DNA of 64,000 nt. Origin: an uncultured Actinomycetota bacterium (GTDB lineage: Bacteria; Actinomycetota; Actinomycetes; Propionibacteriales; Propionibacteriaceae). Below, piece by piece: positions 50,451 through 59,718 of this stretch. Every line of letters starts with the position of its first letter. Position 1 is the stretch's first letter. The stretch covers positions 374,020 through 438,019 of the forward strand of contig CAWCWL010000006.1 in assembly GCA_963799235.1 (NCBI GenBank), written 5' to 3'. The position numbers and the translations under genes were made by a program. The notes beneath the pieces are model-generated. The model was given only the letters and a program-made list of their open reading frames with translations. It had not been told where the DNA came from and ran no database searches.

Positions 50451-51236
50451 TCAGCGCGCGGGCGCCCGATAGGCCCGGGCGTTGCACACGTCGGGCGCGA
50501 ACCCCACGCTGCGGTAGAGGCGCCCGGCCGGATTCCCGGCCTCGGTGATGATCACCCAGCTGCCGCACCCCTTCCCTGCGGACCATTCCGCAGCCACCCC
50601 GAGCAGGTGGCCGGCCAGCCCGCGGCGGCGATGGCCGGCATCCGTGCCGACCGACTGGTAGCGGGCGGTCGCGTCACACACGACGATGCCGAGGCTGGAC
50701 GCGAGCACGTCGCCGGCGAACGCGCCGAAGAAGGCTGCGACGTCGGCGTCGGAAAGCCGGCGCCTCAGGTTGGTCTGGGCACGGGCGAATCGCTCGTGCT
50801 GCCCCGGTTCGTAAGCGCCGGTGAGCGCGTTGTCTGCGACCTCTGCCGCGACGACCTGATCCCAGTCGTCCCCGGCGATACGCCGGACGGTGTAGCCGTC
50901 GGCCAGCGGCGTCGACCGCGGTCGCCGACGCGTCGTCAGCACGTCCTCGCCCTCGATGACGACGTCCCGCGCGGTCCAGGCCGTGGCGTCGTCGGGCTCC
51001 CTGATCAGGCCGACCGACACCCACGCAGCATCGGGATGCGCCGCCCCGAACACCCTGATCCAGCGGTCGGCATCACCGACGCTGCCCTCGTCGAGGACGA
51101 GGATGCAGTTGCCCCAGTGGTAGTCGGGGTTCTGCGGGGTGCGCACAACGAGGTGGTCGCCGCGGTCCTCGACGACGGACCCGGAGTGCCGCAGCACAGC
51201 CACATCCGTGGCCCAGCCCGGTGGAAGGTCACGCAT
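50451..51236 (-). CDS. GNAT family N-acetyltransferase
   Basis: Contains ...VGTDAGHRRRGLAGHLLGVAAEW...AGRLYRSVGF. The start is taken at MRDLPPGW. Confidence 0.7.
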   Translation of the reverse strand: MRDLPPGWATDVAVLRHSGSVVEDRGDHLVVRTPQNPDYHWGNCILVLDEGSVGDADRWIRVFGAAHPDAAWVSVGLIREPDDATAWTARDVVIEGEDVLTTRRRPRSTPLADGYTVRRIAGDDWDQVVAAEVADNALTGAYEPGQHERFARAQTNLRRRLSDADVAAFFGAFAGDVLASSLGIVVCDATARYQSVGTDAGHRRRGLAGHLLGVAAEWSAGKGCGSWVIITEAGNPAGRLYRSVGFAPDVCNARAYRAPAR

Positions 51237-51307
51237 GGCAGCAGACCGTACCGTGCCCGGACGCACACGTCGCCGCCACCCGGGGGTGACGGCGACGAAT
51301 GGAGTGC

Positions 51308-52681
51308 TTACTCTGCGGCCTCTGCGATCGTCTCGACCTCGGCGGCAGCCTCGGGCACGGGCGTGGCGGCTGCGACGTCGACCGGCTTGCCGTCGGTGTC
51401 GACGACCTTCGCCCTGCCGACGATCAGCGCCATGGCCTTGTTGCGGCGGATCTCCTGCATCCAGGCAGCAACATGGTTGTGCTCCATCATGTGCTGGGCC
51501 TCCTGCTCCGGCGTTGAGCCGCTCTGGGCGGCCTTGCGCACGAGCATCTCGGAAAGGTCGGCCTGCTCGACGCCGACCTCCTCGTCGTCGGCGACCTTGT
51601 CCAGGATCAGCTGGGCCTTGAGCCCACGCAGCGTGGAGGTCTCGACCTCTGCCCAGAACTCCTCCGGGGTGTTGGCGGTCTCGTCCGCCTGCTCAAGGTA
51701 ACGCTCGAGGGTGAGGCCGGCGCGCTGCAGCTGCTCGGTGATCTGGTCCTTGCGGGCCGCCACCTCTGCTGCGATCACACGCTCGGGGACATCGAACTCG
51801 GTGGCCTCGACCAGCGCCTCGAGCACCTTGTCGCGGCCGCTGGCGACCTGCTCGGCAGCGAGCATCTCCTGCACGCCCTTGGCGAGGTCGGCGCGCATCT
51901 CCTCCACGGTGTCGAACTCGGAGATCATCGAGGCGAACTCGTCGTCGATCTCGGGGAGCTTCTGCTCGCTGACCTTGCTCACCGTGACGGTGATGTCGGC
52001 GGGCTCGCCCTCGAGCGGGCCACCGACGAGGGTGGAGGAGAACTCGGCGGAAGCGCCGGCTGAGAGGCCGGTCACCGCATCGTCGAGGCCGTCGATCATG
52101 CCGCCGGAGCCGATGATGTAGTTGACGTCGTCAGCAGTGGCGTCGGGCAGCGGCTCACCGTCGCGGGTGCCGACGAGGCTGATGGTGATCTGGTCACCCA
52201 CGGCAGCTGCGCGGTCCACCTCGGTCGTGGTGGCGAAACGCTGCTGCAGCATCGTGAGGCGCTCGGCGACCTCCTCGTCGACGGAACGCACGACCTCAAC
52301 GGTGGCGGTGAGCTTGGTGACGTCGGCCACCGTGAACTCGGGACGGATGTCCAGCTCAGCAGTGAACTCGATGACCTCGCCGTCCTCGAGGCGGGTGACC
52401 TCGACGTCGGGCTCGCCGAGCGGCACGACGCTGGCTTCGGTGACGGCGGCCTCGAACGCTGCCGGCAGGGCGGCGTTGATGGCCTCCTGCAGGACGGCGC
52501 CGCGGCCGAACCGCTGGTCGATGACCATGTTCGGGATCTTGCCCTTGCGGAAGCCCGGGATCGTGACGGACTGCGCGATGTCGCGGTAGGCCTTGTCCAG
52601 ATGGGGTTTCAGGTCGGCGAAGGGGATCTCAACGGTGAGCTTGACCCGAGACGGGCTGAGCTTCTCGACGGTGCTGGGCAA
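51308..52681 (-). CDS. tig: trigger factor
   Basis: Starts MPSTVEKLSPSRVKLTVEIPFADLKPHLDKAYRDIAQSVTIPGFRKGKIP.... Confidence 0.95.
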   Translation of the reverse strand: MPSTVEKLSPSRVKLTVEIPFADLKPHLDKAYRDIAQSVTIPGFRKGKIPNMVIDQRFGRGAVLQEAINAALPAAFEAAVTEASVVPLGEPDVEVTRLEDGEVIEFTAELDIRPEFTVADVTKLTATVEVVRSVDEEVAERLTMLQQRFATTTEVDRAAAVGDQITISLVGTRDGEPLPDATADDVNYIIGSGGMIDGLDDAVTGLSAGASAEFSSTLVGGPLEGEPADITVTVSKVSEQKLPEIDDEFASMISEFDTVEEMRADLAKGVQEMLAAEQVASGRDKVLEALVEATEFDVPERVIAAEVAARKDQITEQLQRAGLTLERYLEQADETANTPEEFWAEVETSTLRGLKAQLILDKVADDEEVGVEQADLSEMLVRKAAQSGSTPEQEAQHMMEHNHVAAWMQEIRRNKAMALIVGRAKVVDTDGKPVDVAAATPVPEAAAEVETIAEAAE

Positions 52682-52806
52682 GGCAGGACTCCTGAAAGGT
52701 CGGAAGGCAACTTGACCATCCTAGCGAGTCGCACACCCGCGGTCACAACGGCGGCCGCCGCACGCTCACGGCCGGCCCTGCGGGGCGGTTGATCGCCGAC
52801 GATCGT

Positions 52807-52880
52807 TGGAGCGGATGACGGGAATCGAACCCGCATGGCCAGCTTGGAAGGCTGGGGCTCTACCATTGAGCTACATCCGC
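52807..52880 (-). tRNA. tRNA-Gly (anticodon TCC), CCA encoded
   Basis: The minus-sense sequence is GCGGATG-TA-GCTC-AATGGTA-GAGC-C-CCAGC-CTTCCAA-GCTGG-CCAT-GCGGG-TTCGATT-CCCGT-CATCCGC-T-CCA. It folds by hand into a 74-nt cloverleaf. Confidence 0.9.
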
Positions 52881-52949
52881 GCGGAGCCAACCTTAGCGAG
52901 AACGCGGGCGCCACCAGAAACCCGGTGGCCGACACCCTTCACCAGCACG

Positions 52950-52980
52950 AAAAAGCGACCCGCCGATGACGGGTCGCCTT
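52950..52980 (-). terminator. intrinsic terminator
   Basis: The stem is GCGACCCG-ccgatga-CGGGTCGC. It is followed on the minus sense by TTTTTCG and lies 23 nt after the stop of the small membrane ORF. Confidence 0.7.
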
Positions 52981-53002
52981 TGGGTTCGTGTCAGGCTGCC
53001 GG

Positions 53003-53203
53003 CTATTGAGCGGCGAGCCAGCTCTCCCTGGTCAGCAGTGCCGCCATGCAGCCTGCCGTTGCCAGCCCGACGAACATGCCGACGCTGTCGATGTCAGAGA
53101 CGACACCGAAGACGACCATGAAATGATTGAGCGCGATGGCCAGAACGGCACTCGCGATGACGACCCCCGAAACAACTGCAGCAATACGCATGAGATAGCG
53201 CAT
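53003..53203 (-). CDS. 66-aa two-TM small membrane protein
   Basis: MRYLMRIAAVVSGVVIASAVLAIALNHFMVVFGVVSDIDSVGMFVGLATAGCMAALL.... A strong GGAGGAG lies upstream of ATG 53203 and a canonical terminator lies downstream. The locus is locally lower in GC. Confidence 0.45.
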   Translation of the reverse strand: MRYLMRIAAVVSGVVIASAVLAIALNHFMVVFGVVSDIDSVGMFVGLATAGCMAALLTRESWLAAQ

Positions 53204-53336
53204 TCCAGCTCCTCCCCCCGAATGAGCACCTGCCCAGATGGTAGCGGTCGGCACAGACCAGGTCCACCGACTCTCCGGTTTTCTCAGCATTCATTTGGCT
53301 TGTGGGACGCATGGGACGGACGCTCCGGCGACGGCA

Positions 53337-54428
53337 TCACTCCAGCGCTTTCGAGACCGTTTCGACCAGCTCCTGCCACGACTTCTCGAACTTCGCCACG
53401 CCCTCGTCCTCGAGCGTTGCGAAGACGTCGGGAAGGTCGATGCCGGCCTCGGCCAGCAGCCGCATCACCTTTGCCGCAGGTGCGGACTGGTCTGCCACCG
53501 GGAATCCGATCGCTCCGTGATCGGCATAGGCCATCAGGGTCTTCTCCGGCATCGTGTTCACGACGCCCGGAGCGACGAGTTCACTGACATAAAGGGTGTC
53601 GGGGTAGTCCTCGGACTTCACCCCCGTCGAGGCCCACAGTGGACGTTGCGGTCGCGCCCCGTGCGCAGCGAGCGCCTCGAACCGGGCGGAGCCGAAGCCT
53701 TCGACGTAGGCGGCATAGGCGAGCTGGGCATTGGCGATGCCCGCCCTGCCCTTCAACTGGCGGGCCGGGCCGCCGATCTCGTCCAGCCGGCGGTCGATCT
53801 CCGTGTCCAGCCGCGAGACGAAGACGGACGCGACCGAGTGGATCCCCGAGAGGTCCAGTCCGGCGAGGCGTGCGCGCTCGAGGCCGGTGAGGTAGGCATC
53901 GATGACCTCGCGGTAACGCTCCACGCTGAAGATCAGGGTGACGTTCACGCTGATGCCCGCGGCGATCGTCGCTGCGATGGCCTGCAGGCCCGGCCGCGTC
54001 GCCGGGATCTTGATCAGCACGTTGTCGCGATCCACCTGCCGCCGGAGTTCTGCAGCCTGCGCGATCGTGGCATCGGTGTCCATCGCCAGCCCTGGCTCCA
54101 CCTCGATGGACACCCGGCCGTCGACGCCGTCTGTCTCGTCGTACAGCGGGCGGAACAGGTCGCAGGCGTCACGGACGTCCGTCGTGGTCAGCGTCCGTAC
54201 GGCCGTTGCGACGTCCGCGCCGTCGGCACGGAGCGTGGCAACGGTCGCTGCGTAGTCGTCGGAGTGGGCCAGTGCTGCGGCGAAGATCGTCGGGTTGGTG
54301 GTCACCCCGCTCACCGAATAGTCCCGGATCAGTCCGGCCAGGTTGCCGCTGGCCAGCCGGGAGCGGGAAAGGTCGTCCAGCCAGATCGACACGCCCGCTC
54401 GTGCCAGTGCACGCATTCGCTTGTTCAC
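53337..54428 (-). CDS. tal: transaldolase (long actinobacterial type)
   Basis: Contains ...[11 protein letters not shown]...[11 protein letters not shown]...GRVSIEV...NVLIKIPAT...[11 protein letters not shown].... GTG 54428 is preceded by GAGGAGG. The 619-aa track ORF is an upstream read-through artefact. Confidence 0.9.
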   Translation of the reverse strand: MNKRMRALARAGVSIWLDDLSRSRLASGNLAGLIRDYSVSGVTTNPTIFAAALAHSDDYAATVATLRADGADVATAVRTLTTTDVRDACDLFRPLYDETDGVDGRVSIEVEPGLAMDTDATIAQAAELRRQVDRDNVLIKIPATRPGLQAIAATIAAGISVNVTLIFSVERYREVIDAYLTGLERARLAGLDLSGIHSVASVFVSRLDTEIDRRLDEIGGPARQLKGRAGIANAQLAYAAYVEGFGSARFEALAAHGARPQRPLWASTGVKSEDYPDTLYVSELVAPGVVNTMPEKTLMAYADHGAIGFPVADQSAPAAKVMRLLAEAGIDLPDVFATLEDEGVAKFEKSWQELVETVSKALE

Positions 54429-54504
54429 GCCTGCCTCCTCGTGGGTTGCTTCCAGATTAGGTCGGAGATCATCGTCCGCCCCGCTTTCACTTTCCTTGTA
54501 CCCG

Positions 54505-54532
54505 TAGCCACGGGATAATCGGTTTAGCCACG
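54505..54532. promoter_or_regulatory. direct repeat TAGCCACG x2 (20-bp spacing) in the tal / response-regulator divergent region
   Basis: Exact 8-mers lie at 54505-54512 and 54525-54532, flanking a GATAAT hexamer. A role as an OmpR-type operator is speculation. Confidence 0.25.
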
Positions 54533-54596
54533 AAAATTGTCGATGGCAGCACGCGACGTGCGGGATCACTACGCTGATCGCAGGAGGTGGGTGGAA

Positions 54597-55334
54597 GTGA
54601 GCCCGACGACGCGACGGCGTCCGCTGATCCTTGTCGTCGAGGACGAGCAGGAGCTCCTCGAAGTCGTGGCACGCCACCTCGACCAGCACGGTTTCGAGGT
54701 CCTGCGGGCCAGCACCATCGCCGAGGCGCGAGCCATCGTCTGGGAACACCAGCCCGACCTGTTGCTGCTCGACGTGCTGCTGCCCGACGGTTCCGGCTAC
54801 GACCTGTGCGCGGAACTGCGCAAGTCGATGGCTGCACCGATCATCTTCGTCACAGCCCTCGCCCAGGACCGCGCGGTCGTTCGTGGCCTCGGTGCCGGCG
54901 GCGACGACTACATCGCGAAGCCGTTCAGCCTCGACGTCCTGCTCGCCCGCATCAACGCCCAGCTGCGTCGTCACGGGCTGTCCCAGGCGATGCGCATCGA
55001 CCTGCCGCCGCTGCACCTGGACTTCGTCACCGGCAAGGTGATCCTCCACGGCGAGGAGGTCGACCTGTCGAAGCGGGAGATGCAGCTTCTCGCCTACCTT
55101 GCGGCGAACACGGGCCAGGGCTTCACGCAGGAGGAACTCCTCGAAAGGGTCTGGGACGACCACTCCGGCCTGCCGACCAACACCGTCCGCCAGCACGTCT
55201 CCACCCTGCGCAGGAAGCTGTCGCTCGACGAGGCCAGCGCGTTCGAGCTCGTGCTCACCCCTGACCGCCGCTACGTCTTCCAGCAGGTGCGGTTCGACAC
55301 GGCACCGGGCTTGCAGCCGGTTGGACCGAGTTAG
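54597..55334 (+). CDS. OmpR-family response regulator
   Basis: The receiver domain reads [11 protein letters not shown]...[14 protein letters not shown]...DDYIAKPF, followed by a winged-helix C-terminus (...[10 protein letters not shown]...[11 protein letters not shown]...[14 protein letters not shown]). GTG 54597 lies 9 nt after AGGAGG. Confidence 0.85.
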   Translation: MSPTTRRRPLILVVEDEQELLEVVARHLDQHGFEVLRASTIAEARAIVWEHQPDLLLLDVLLPDGSGYDLCAELRKSMAAPIIFVTALAQDRAVVRGLGAGGDDYIAKPFSLDVLLARINAQLRRHGLSQAMRIDLPPLHLDFVTGKVILHGEEVDLSKREMQLLAYLAANTGQGFTQEELLERVWDDHSGLPTNTVRQHVSTLRRKLSLDEASAFELVLTPDRRYVFQQVRFDTAPGLQPVGPS

Positions 55335-55366
55335 AACCGTCCCCGATTCGGTCCGCTGGGGACGGC
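55323..55366. repeat. relative of the 21235-21334 element
   Basis: GGACCGAGTTAGAACCGTCCCCGATTCGGTCCGCTGGGGACGG shares GGACCGAGTT(G/A)GAACCGTCCCC, ATTCGGTCC and TGGGGACGG with the 21.2-kb element. It overlaps the response-regulator stop codon and fills the convergent gap to the kinase gene. Confidence 0.75.
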
Positions 55367-55380
55367 TCGACGTGGTCGCT

Positions 55381-56697
55381 TCAGGAACGGTTTGCCAGCA
55401 GGAACGCGAGGCGGGCCGTCACGCCTCCGCCGGGCGTCGACTCGATCTCGAGGCTCCCGAAGTGGGCGATCATGATGTGCCGGGAGATGATCAGCCCCAG
55501 ACCGAGGCCGGCGTCCCTGCTCGACCGGAGACCGGTGGGGCTGCGCCGTCCGATGCGCTCGAACAGGTGGTCCCTCACTTCCTCGGGGATACCTTCTCCG
55601 GTGTCGGTGACGGTGACCTCCGCGAAGCGACCCCGCTCGCGCACCGCGACGGTGATCGATCCGTCCGTCGTATGCCTCGTTGCGTTCGAGAGCAGGTTCA
55701 CGAGGACCTGTGCGACACGTTCGGAGTCGACGAGCACCAGCGGGTGCGCGCCACCTCGCGCGAGCTGCAGCACGTTGCCGTTGCGCGCGACCAGAGGCTG
55801 GTACGTACGCAGGACATCCTGGATGATCACCGAGAGGTCCTCGACCTGCAGATCGAGCACCATCTGGTCCGAGGCGATCCGACTGACGTCCCGCAACTGC
55901 CTGACCAGCCGTGTGAGACGTTCGTTCTCCGCCGTCATCACGCCGATGGTGTGCTGCATCGATGCGGGCGCCTTCTCGGCACGGCTTCCGGCCTCGTCCA
56001 GGTGGACGCGCATGACAGCCAACGGCGTGTTGAGCTCGTGCGCGACGATCGCAAGGAACTCCGACTTCTCCCTGTCGATCTCCTCCAGCTCCGCATTCTT
56101 GGCTGCCAACAGGGTGGCGTTGCGTTCGTGGACGCGCAACAGCAGGTGCAGCATGGCCGAGAGTGCAAGGCCGGCGAGTGCGACGCAGATGATGACGTCC
56201 ACGACGTGCTCGGTCGGACCTGCGAGAGGTGTGACCAGTTGTGGCCAGGTGTAGTCGGCAACGCAGCAGGCCGAGTAGACGACGAATTCCGTCCCGAGCA
56301 GCACCCACATGCCCCGTCCCAGGATGGAGAGCCCGGTGAAGCCCATCCCGAAGACCATCAGCGCCGGCATGCCGCTCTGGTAGCCGCCGCCGGTGAAGAA
56401 CATGTACGGGAAGATCACAAGGAACACGAGCACAACCGTGATCACGCGCGCCTGGTCGTACTTGCCCGTCCTGCGTGCGAACCAGATCATCACCACCGAC
56501 ATCGTCGCCATGACCACACACAGCGCGATCTGGATCAGGCCGCCGCCGTTGAGTGCGTTCACTGCGATTCCGAGGACGGCGACGACGAAGCCGGTGAGCG
56601 CGGCGATCACCGACAGCCGGGCGTGGAAGTCGGGGACGTCGCCGAGGAGTCCCTGCCACCAACGCCGCACCGACAGCGGGGTCGTCGGGATGGCCAT
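55381..56697 (-). CDS. sensor histidine kinase with multi-TM N-terminal domain
   Basis: About 6 TM segments are followed by the H-box [13 protein letters not shown] and an HATPase region ([10 protein letters not shown]...DTGEGIP...GLGLGL). The start is taken at MAIPTT (56697); the track ORF extends to 56868. Confidence 0.85.
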   Translation of the reverse strand: MAIPTTPLSVRRWWQGLLGDVPDFHARLSVIAALTGFVVAVLGIAVNALNGGGLIQIALCVVMATMSVVMIWFARRTGKYDQARVITVVLVFLVIFPYMFFTGGGYQSGMPALMVFGMGFTGLSILGRGMWVLLGTEFVVYSACCVADYTWPQLVTPLAGPTEHVVDVIICVALAGLALSAMLHLLLRVHERNATLLAAKNAELEEIDREKSEFLAIVAHELNTPLAVMRVHLDEAGSRAEKAPASMQHTIGVMTAENERLTRLVRQLRDVSRIASDQMVLDLQVEDLSVIIQDVLRTYQPLVARNGNVLQLARGGAHPLVLVDSERVAQVLVNLLSNATRHTTDGSITVAVRERGRFAEVTVTDTGEGIPEEVRDHLFERIGRRSPTGLRSSRDAGLGLGLIISRHIMIAHFGSLEIESTPGGGVTARLAFLLANRS

Positions 56698-57229
56698 GGA
56701 GCTGACCCTAGTGCCGCCCCCACCGGCGCGTGCCGGAGTTTCGGGGTTCAGCGCCCGGCCCGCAGGACGGTGTGGGGCGGGTGCGTCCAGGCGCACCCAC
56801 AAAATGCTCGATGGCCCGGGCCACCCCTCAGCACCCGGACCACCGTTCGCATAGCTGCAACCCCCCACACGACCCTGGCGGTCTCAAGGACCGGGCCAGC
56901 CGCCAGACAGACCCGGTACGCGAGTCACGTTGATCCCCCTCCAGGACGTAACCCACTCGCTTGACCGGCCAAGGTCGTCGGACAGCCGAAGCTGCCCAGC
57001 GAAGTTGTCAGCACCTGCTCCCGCTGGGAACGGTGGAGTGTGTGTCGGCGGCGAGGACAGGGGCAGGAAGGTCGGATGAGAGAGCCTTCATCGCCCCAAT
57101 GTTTCCCCCGTTCACCGACGGTTCCCCCGTAGTCAGCGAGTCAGCGCACTGCGCTCCCAGCAGGTTACGGGTACGTAGGGTCCGGCCGCCCCGGGTAACG
57201 GATTCTTTACCACCGTAAAGGAACAATTC

Positions 57230-59626
57230 TCAGCCGCCGACGTAGGCGGCCAGGTGCTCGCCGGTGAGCGTGCTCCGTGCGGCGACAAGGGCTGCCGGGG
57301 TGCCCTCGAAGACGATCCGGCCGCCGTCGTGGCCGGCACCGGGCCCGAGGTCGATGATCCAGTCGGCATGTGCCATCACCGCCTGGTGGTGTTCGACGAC
57401 GATCACCGACTTGCCGGAGTCGACCAGGCGGTCGAGCAGGCCGAGGAGCTGTGCCACGTCGGCCAGGTGGAGGCCGGTCGTCGGCTCGTCGAGGATGTAG
57501 ACCCCGCCCTTCTCCCCCATGCGCGTTGCCAGCTTCAGGCGTTGCCGTTCGCCGCCGGACAGCGTGGTGAGTGGCTGGCCGAGGCTGAGGTAGCCGAGCC
57601 CGACGTCGGCGAGCCGCTCAAGGACGGCGTGCGCGGGAGGCGTCCTCGCCTCTCCGGCGCTGAAGAACTCCTCCGCCTCCGTCACCGGCATCTCCAGCAC
57701 CTGGCTGATGTCCTTGCCACCCAGGTGGTAGTCGAGCACCGCGGCCTGGAAGCGCTTGCCCTCACACTCCTCGCACGTGGTCGCGACGCCGGCCATCATC
57801 GCAAGGTCGGTGTAGATCACACCGGCCCCGTTGCAGGCCGGGCAGGCCCCCTCGGAGTTGGCGCTGAACAGTGCGGGCTTCACACCGTTGGCCTTCGCGA
57901 AAGCCTTGCGGATGGGTTCCAGCAGGCCGGTGTAGGTGGCGGGGTTGCTGCGCCGCGAGCCGCGGATCGCGCCCTGGTCGACGGTGACGACGCCCTCGCG
58001 TCCGGCAACCGAACCGGTGACCAGCGAGCTCTTCCCCGAGCCGGCGACGCCGGTCAGCACGACGAGGACGCCGAGCGGGATGTCGACGTCCACGTCCCTG
58101 AGGTTGTGCAGGGAGGCGCCGCGTACCGCCAGTGCGCCGGACGCGGTGCGCACACCGGCCTTCACCGATGCCCTGTCGTCGAAGTGGCGACCGGTGATCG
58201 TGCCGCTGGTGCGCAGCCCCTCGACGGTGCCCTCGAAGCAGACCGTGCCGCCGGCGCTGCCTGCCCCCGGGCCGAGGTCGACGACATGGTCGGCGATGGC
58301 GATCGCCTCGGGCTTGTGCTCGACGACCAGCACGGTGTTGCCCTTGTCGCGCAACTGAAGGAGGAGCTCATTCATCTTCGCGATGTCGTGCGGGTGCAGG
58401 CCGATGGTCGGTTCGTCGAACACGTAGGTGATGTCGGTCAGCGACGAGCCGAGGTGGCGGATCATCTTGGTGCGTTGCGCCTCACCGCCGGACAGCGTCC
58501 CCGAGGAACGGTCAAGGGAGAGGTAGCCGAGCCCGATCTCGACGAAGGAGTCGAGCAGGAAGCCGAGGTTCTTCAGCAGTGGCGCGACCGTCGGCTCGCT
58601 CAGCCCGCGCACCCAGTCGGCGAGGTCGCTGATCTGCATCGCACAACAGTCGGCGATGCTGGTCCCGTCGATCTTCGATGACCGCGCACCCTCGTTGAGC
58701 CGGGTGCCGTTGCACTCCGGGCACGTCGTGAACGTCACGGCGCGCTCCACGAAGGCCCGGACGTGGGGCTGCAGGGCATCCACGTCCTTGGAGAGGATCG
58801 ACTTCTGGATGCGGGGCACGAGGCCCTCGTAGGTCAGGTTGATGCCCTCCACCTTGATCCGGCGGGCATCGCCGTAGAGGAACTCCTGCCGCTGCCGGTC
58901 GGTGAACCTTGCGATCGGGATGTCCGCGGGCACGACGGCCCCGAAGATGCGTCCGTACCACCCGTCTGCGCTGTAGCCGGGGACGGTGATCGCACCCTCG
59001 GTCAGGGACTTGCTCGCATCGAACAGCTGGGACAGGTCGATGTCGTTGACGTTGCCCATGCCCTCGCAGCGCGGGCACATGCCACCGGTGATGGAGAACT
59101 CGGCGCGCTGTTTCATCGGCTTGCCCGGGCCCTTGTCGACCGTGATGGCGCCGGCGCCCTTCGCAGAGGCGACGTTGAAGGAGAACGCCTGTGGCGAACC
59201 GAGGTGCGGCCTGCCGAGCCGGCTGAACAGGATGCGGAGCATCGCGTTGGCGTCGGTGACGGTGCCCACCGTCGAGCGCGGGTTGGCGCCGATGCGCTCC
59301 TGGTCGACGATGATCGCCGTCGTCAGCCCGTCCAGCACGTCCACGTCGGGACGGGCGAGCGTGGGCATGAAGCCCTGGACGAAGGCGCTGTAGGTCTCGT
59401 TGATCATCCGCTGCGACTCGGCGGCGATGGTGTCGAACACCAGGGAGCTCTTGCCGGAGCCCGAGACCCCGGTGAAGACGGTGAGGCGACGCTTGGGCAG
59501 GTCGACATCGATGTTCTTGAGGTTGTTCTCCCGAGCACCGTGCACACGGATGACGTCGTGGCTGTCTGCGACGGGCGGGCCCCCGGGGTGGCTGGTGGGC
59601 TGGTGGGCGGTATCCATGCTCGTCAC
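57230..59626 (-). CDS. UvrA paralogue (short, class-II/UvrA2-like ABC ATPase)
   Basis: 798 aa with two ABC modules (GVSGSGKSSL and GVAGSGKSSL; LSGGEAQR and LSGGERQR) and zinc-finger Cys pairs. It is shorter than canonical UvrA, consistent with the absence of the UvrB-binding domain; this is inference. Confidence 0.85.
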   Translation of the reverse strand: MTSMDTAHQPTSHPGGPPVADSHDVIRVHGARENNLKNIDVDLPKRRLTVFTGVSGSGKSSLVFDTIAAESQRMINETYSAFVQGFMPTLARPDVDVLDGLTTAIIVDQERIGANPRSTVGTVTDANAMLRILFSRLGRPHLGSPQAFSFNVASAKGAGAITVDKGPGKPMKQRAEFSITGGMCPRCEGMGNVNDIDLSQLFDASKSLTEGAITVPGYSADGWYGRIFGAVVPADIPIARFTDRQRQEFLYGDARRIKVEGINLTYEGLVPRIQKSILSKDVDALQPHVRAFVERAVTFTTCPECNGTRLNEGARSSKIDGTSIADCCAMQISDLADWVRGLSEPTVAPLLKNLGFLLDSFVEIGLGYLSLDRSSGTLSGGEAQRTKMIRHLGSSLTDITYVFDEPTIGLHPHDIAKMNELLLQLRDKGNTVLVVEHKPEAIAIADHVVDLGPGAGSAGGTVCFEGTVEGLRTSGTITGRHFDDRASVKAGVRTASGALAVRGASLHNLRDVDVDIPLGVLVVLTGVAGSGKSSLVTGSVAGREGVVTVDQGAIRGSRRSNPATYTGLLEPIRKAFAKANGVKPALFSANSEGACPACNGAGVIYTDLAMMAGVATTCEECEGKRFQAAVLDYHLGGKDISQVLEMPVTEAEEFFSAGEARTPPAHAVLERLADVGLGYLSLGQPLTTLSGGERQRLKLATRMGEKGGVYILDEPTTGLHLADVAQLLGLLDRLVDSGKSVIVVEHHQAVMAHADWIIDLGPGAGHDGGRIVFEGTPAALVAARSTLTGEHLAAYVGG

Positions 59627-59718
59627 CTGCGCGATAGTGCCATGAGGTGTCCCGGTTGCCTAGTGGCAGTGGGGGCCAGCCGACGTTCCCCGCAGACGAC
59701 CACGACGCCCGCCGAGGC

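Noticed and set aside
54429-55196. An N-terminal 255-aa extension making transaldolase a 619-aa protein (ORF 53337..55196)
   Set aside because: The extension is antisense to the response-regulator gene. The transaldolase homology begins at (VNKR)[15 protein letters not shown], with GAGGAGG just upstream of GTG 54428.
57090-57135. A 6C-type small RNA, suggested by two C-runs (TTTCCCCCGTT and GTTCCCCCGTA)
   Set aside because: Each run has only five C residues. I could not draw the two stable C-rich-loop hairpins that define the motif, so this is left only as part of the generic long-intergenic observation.
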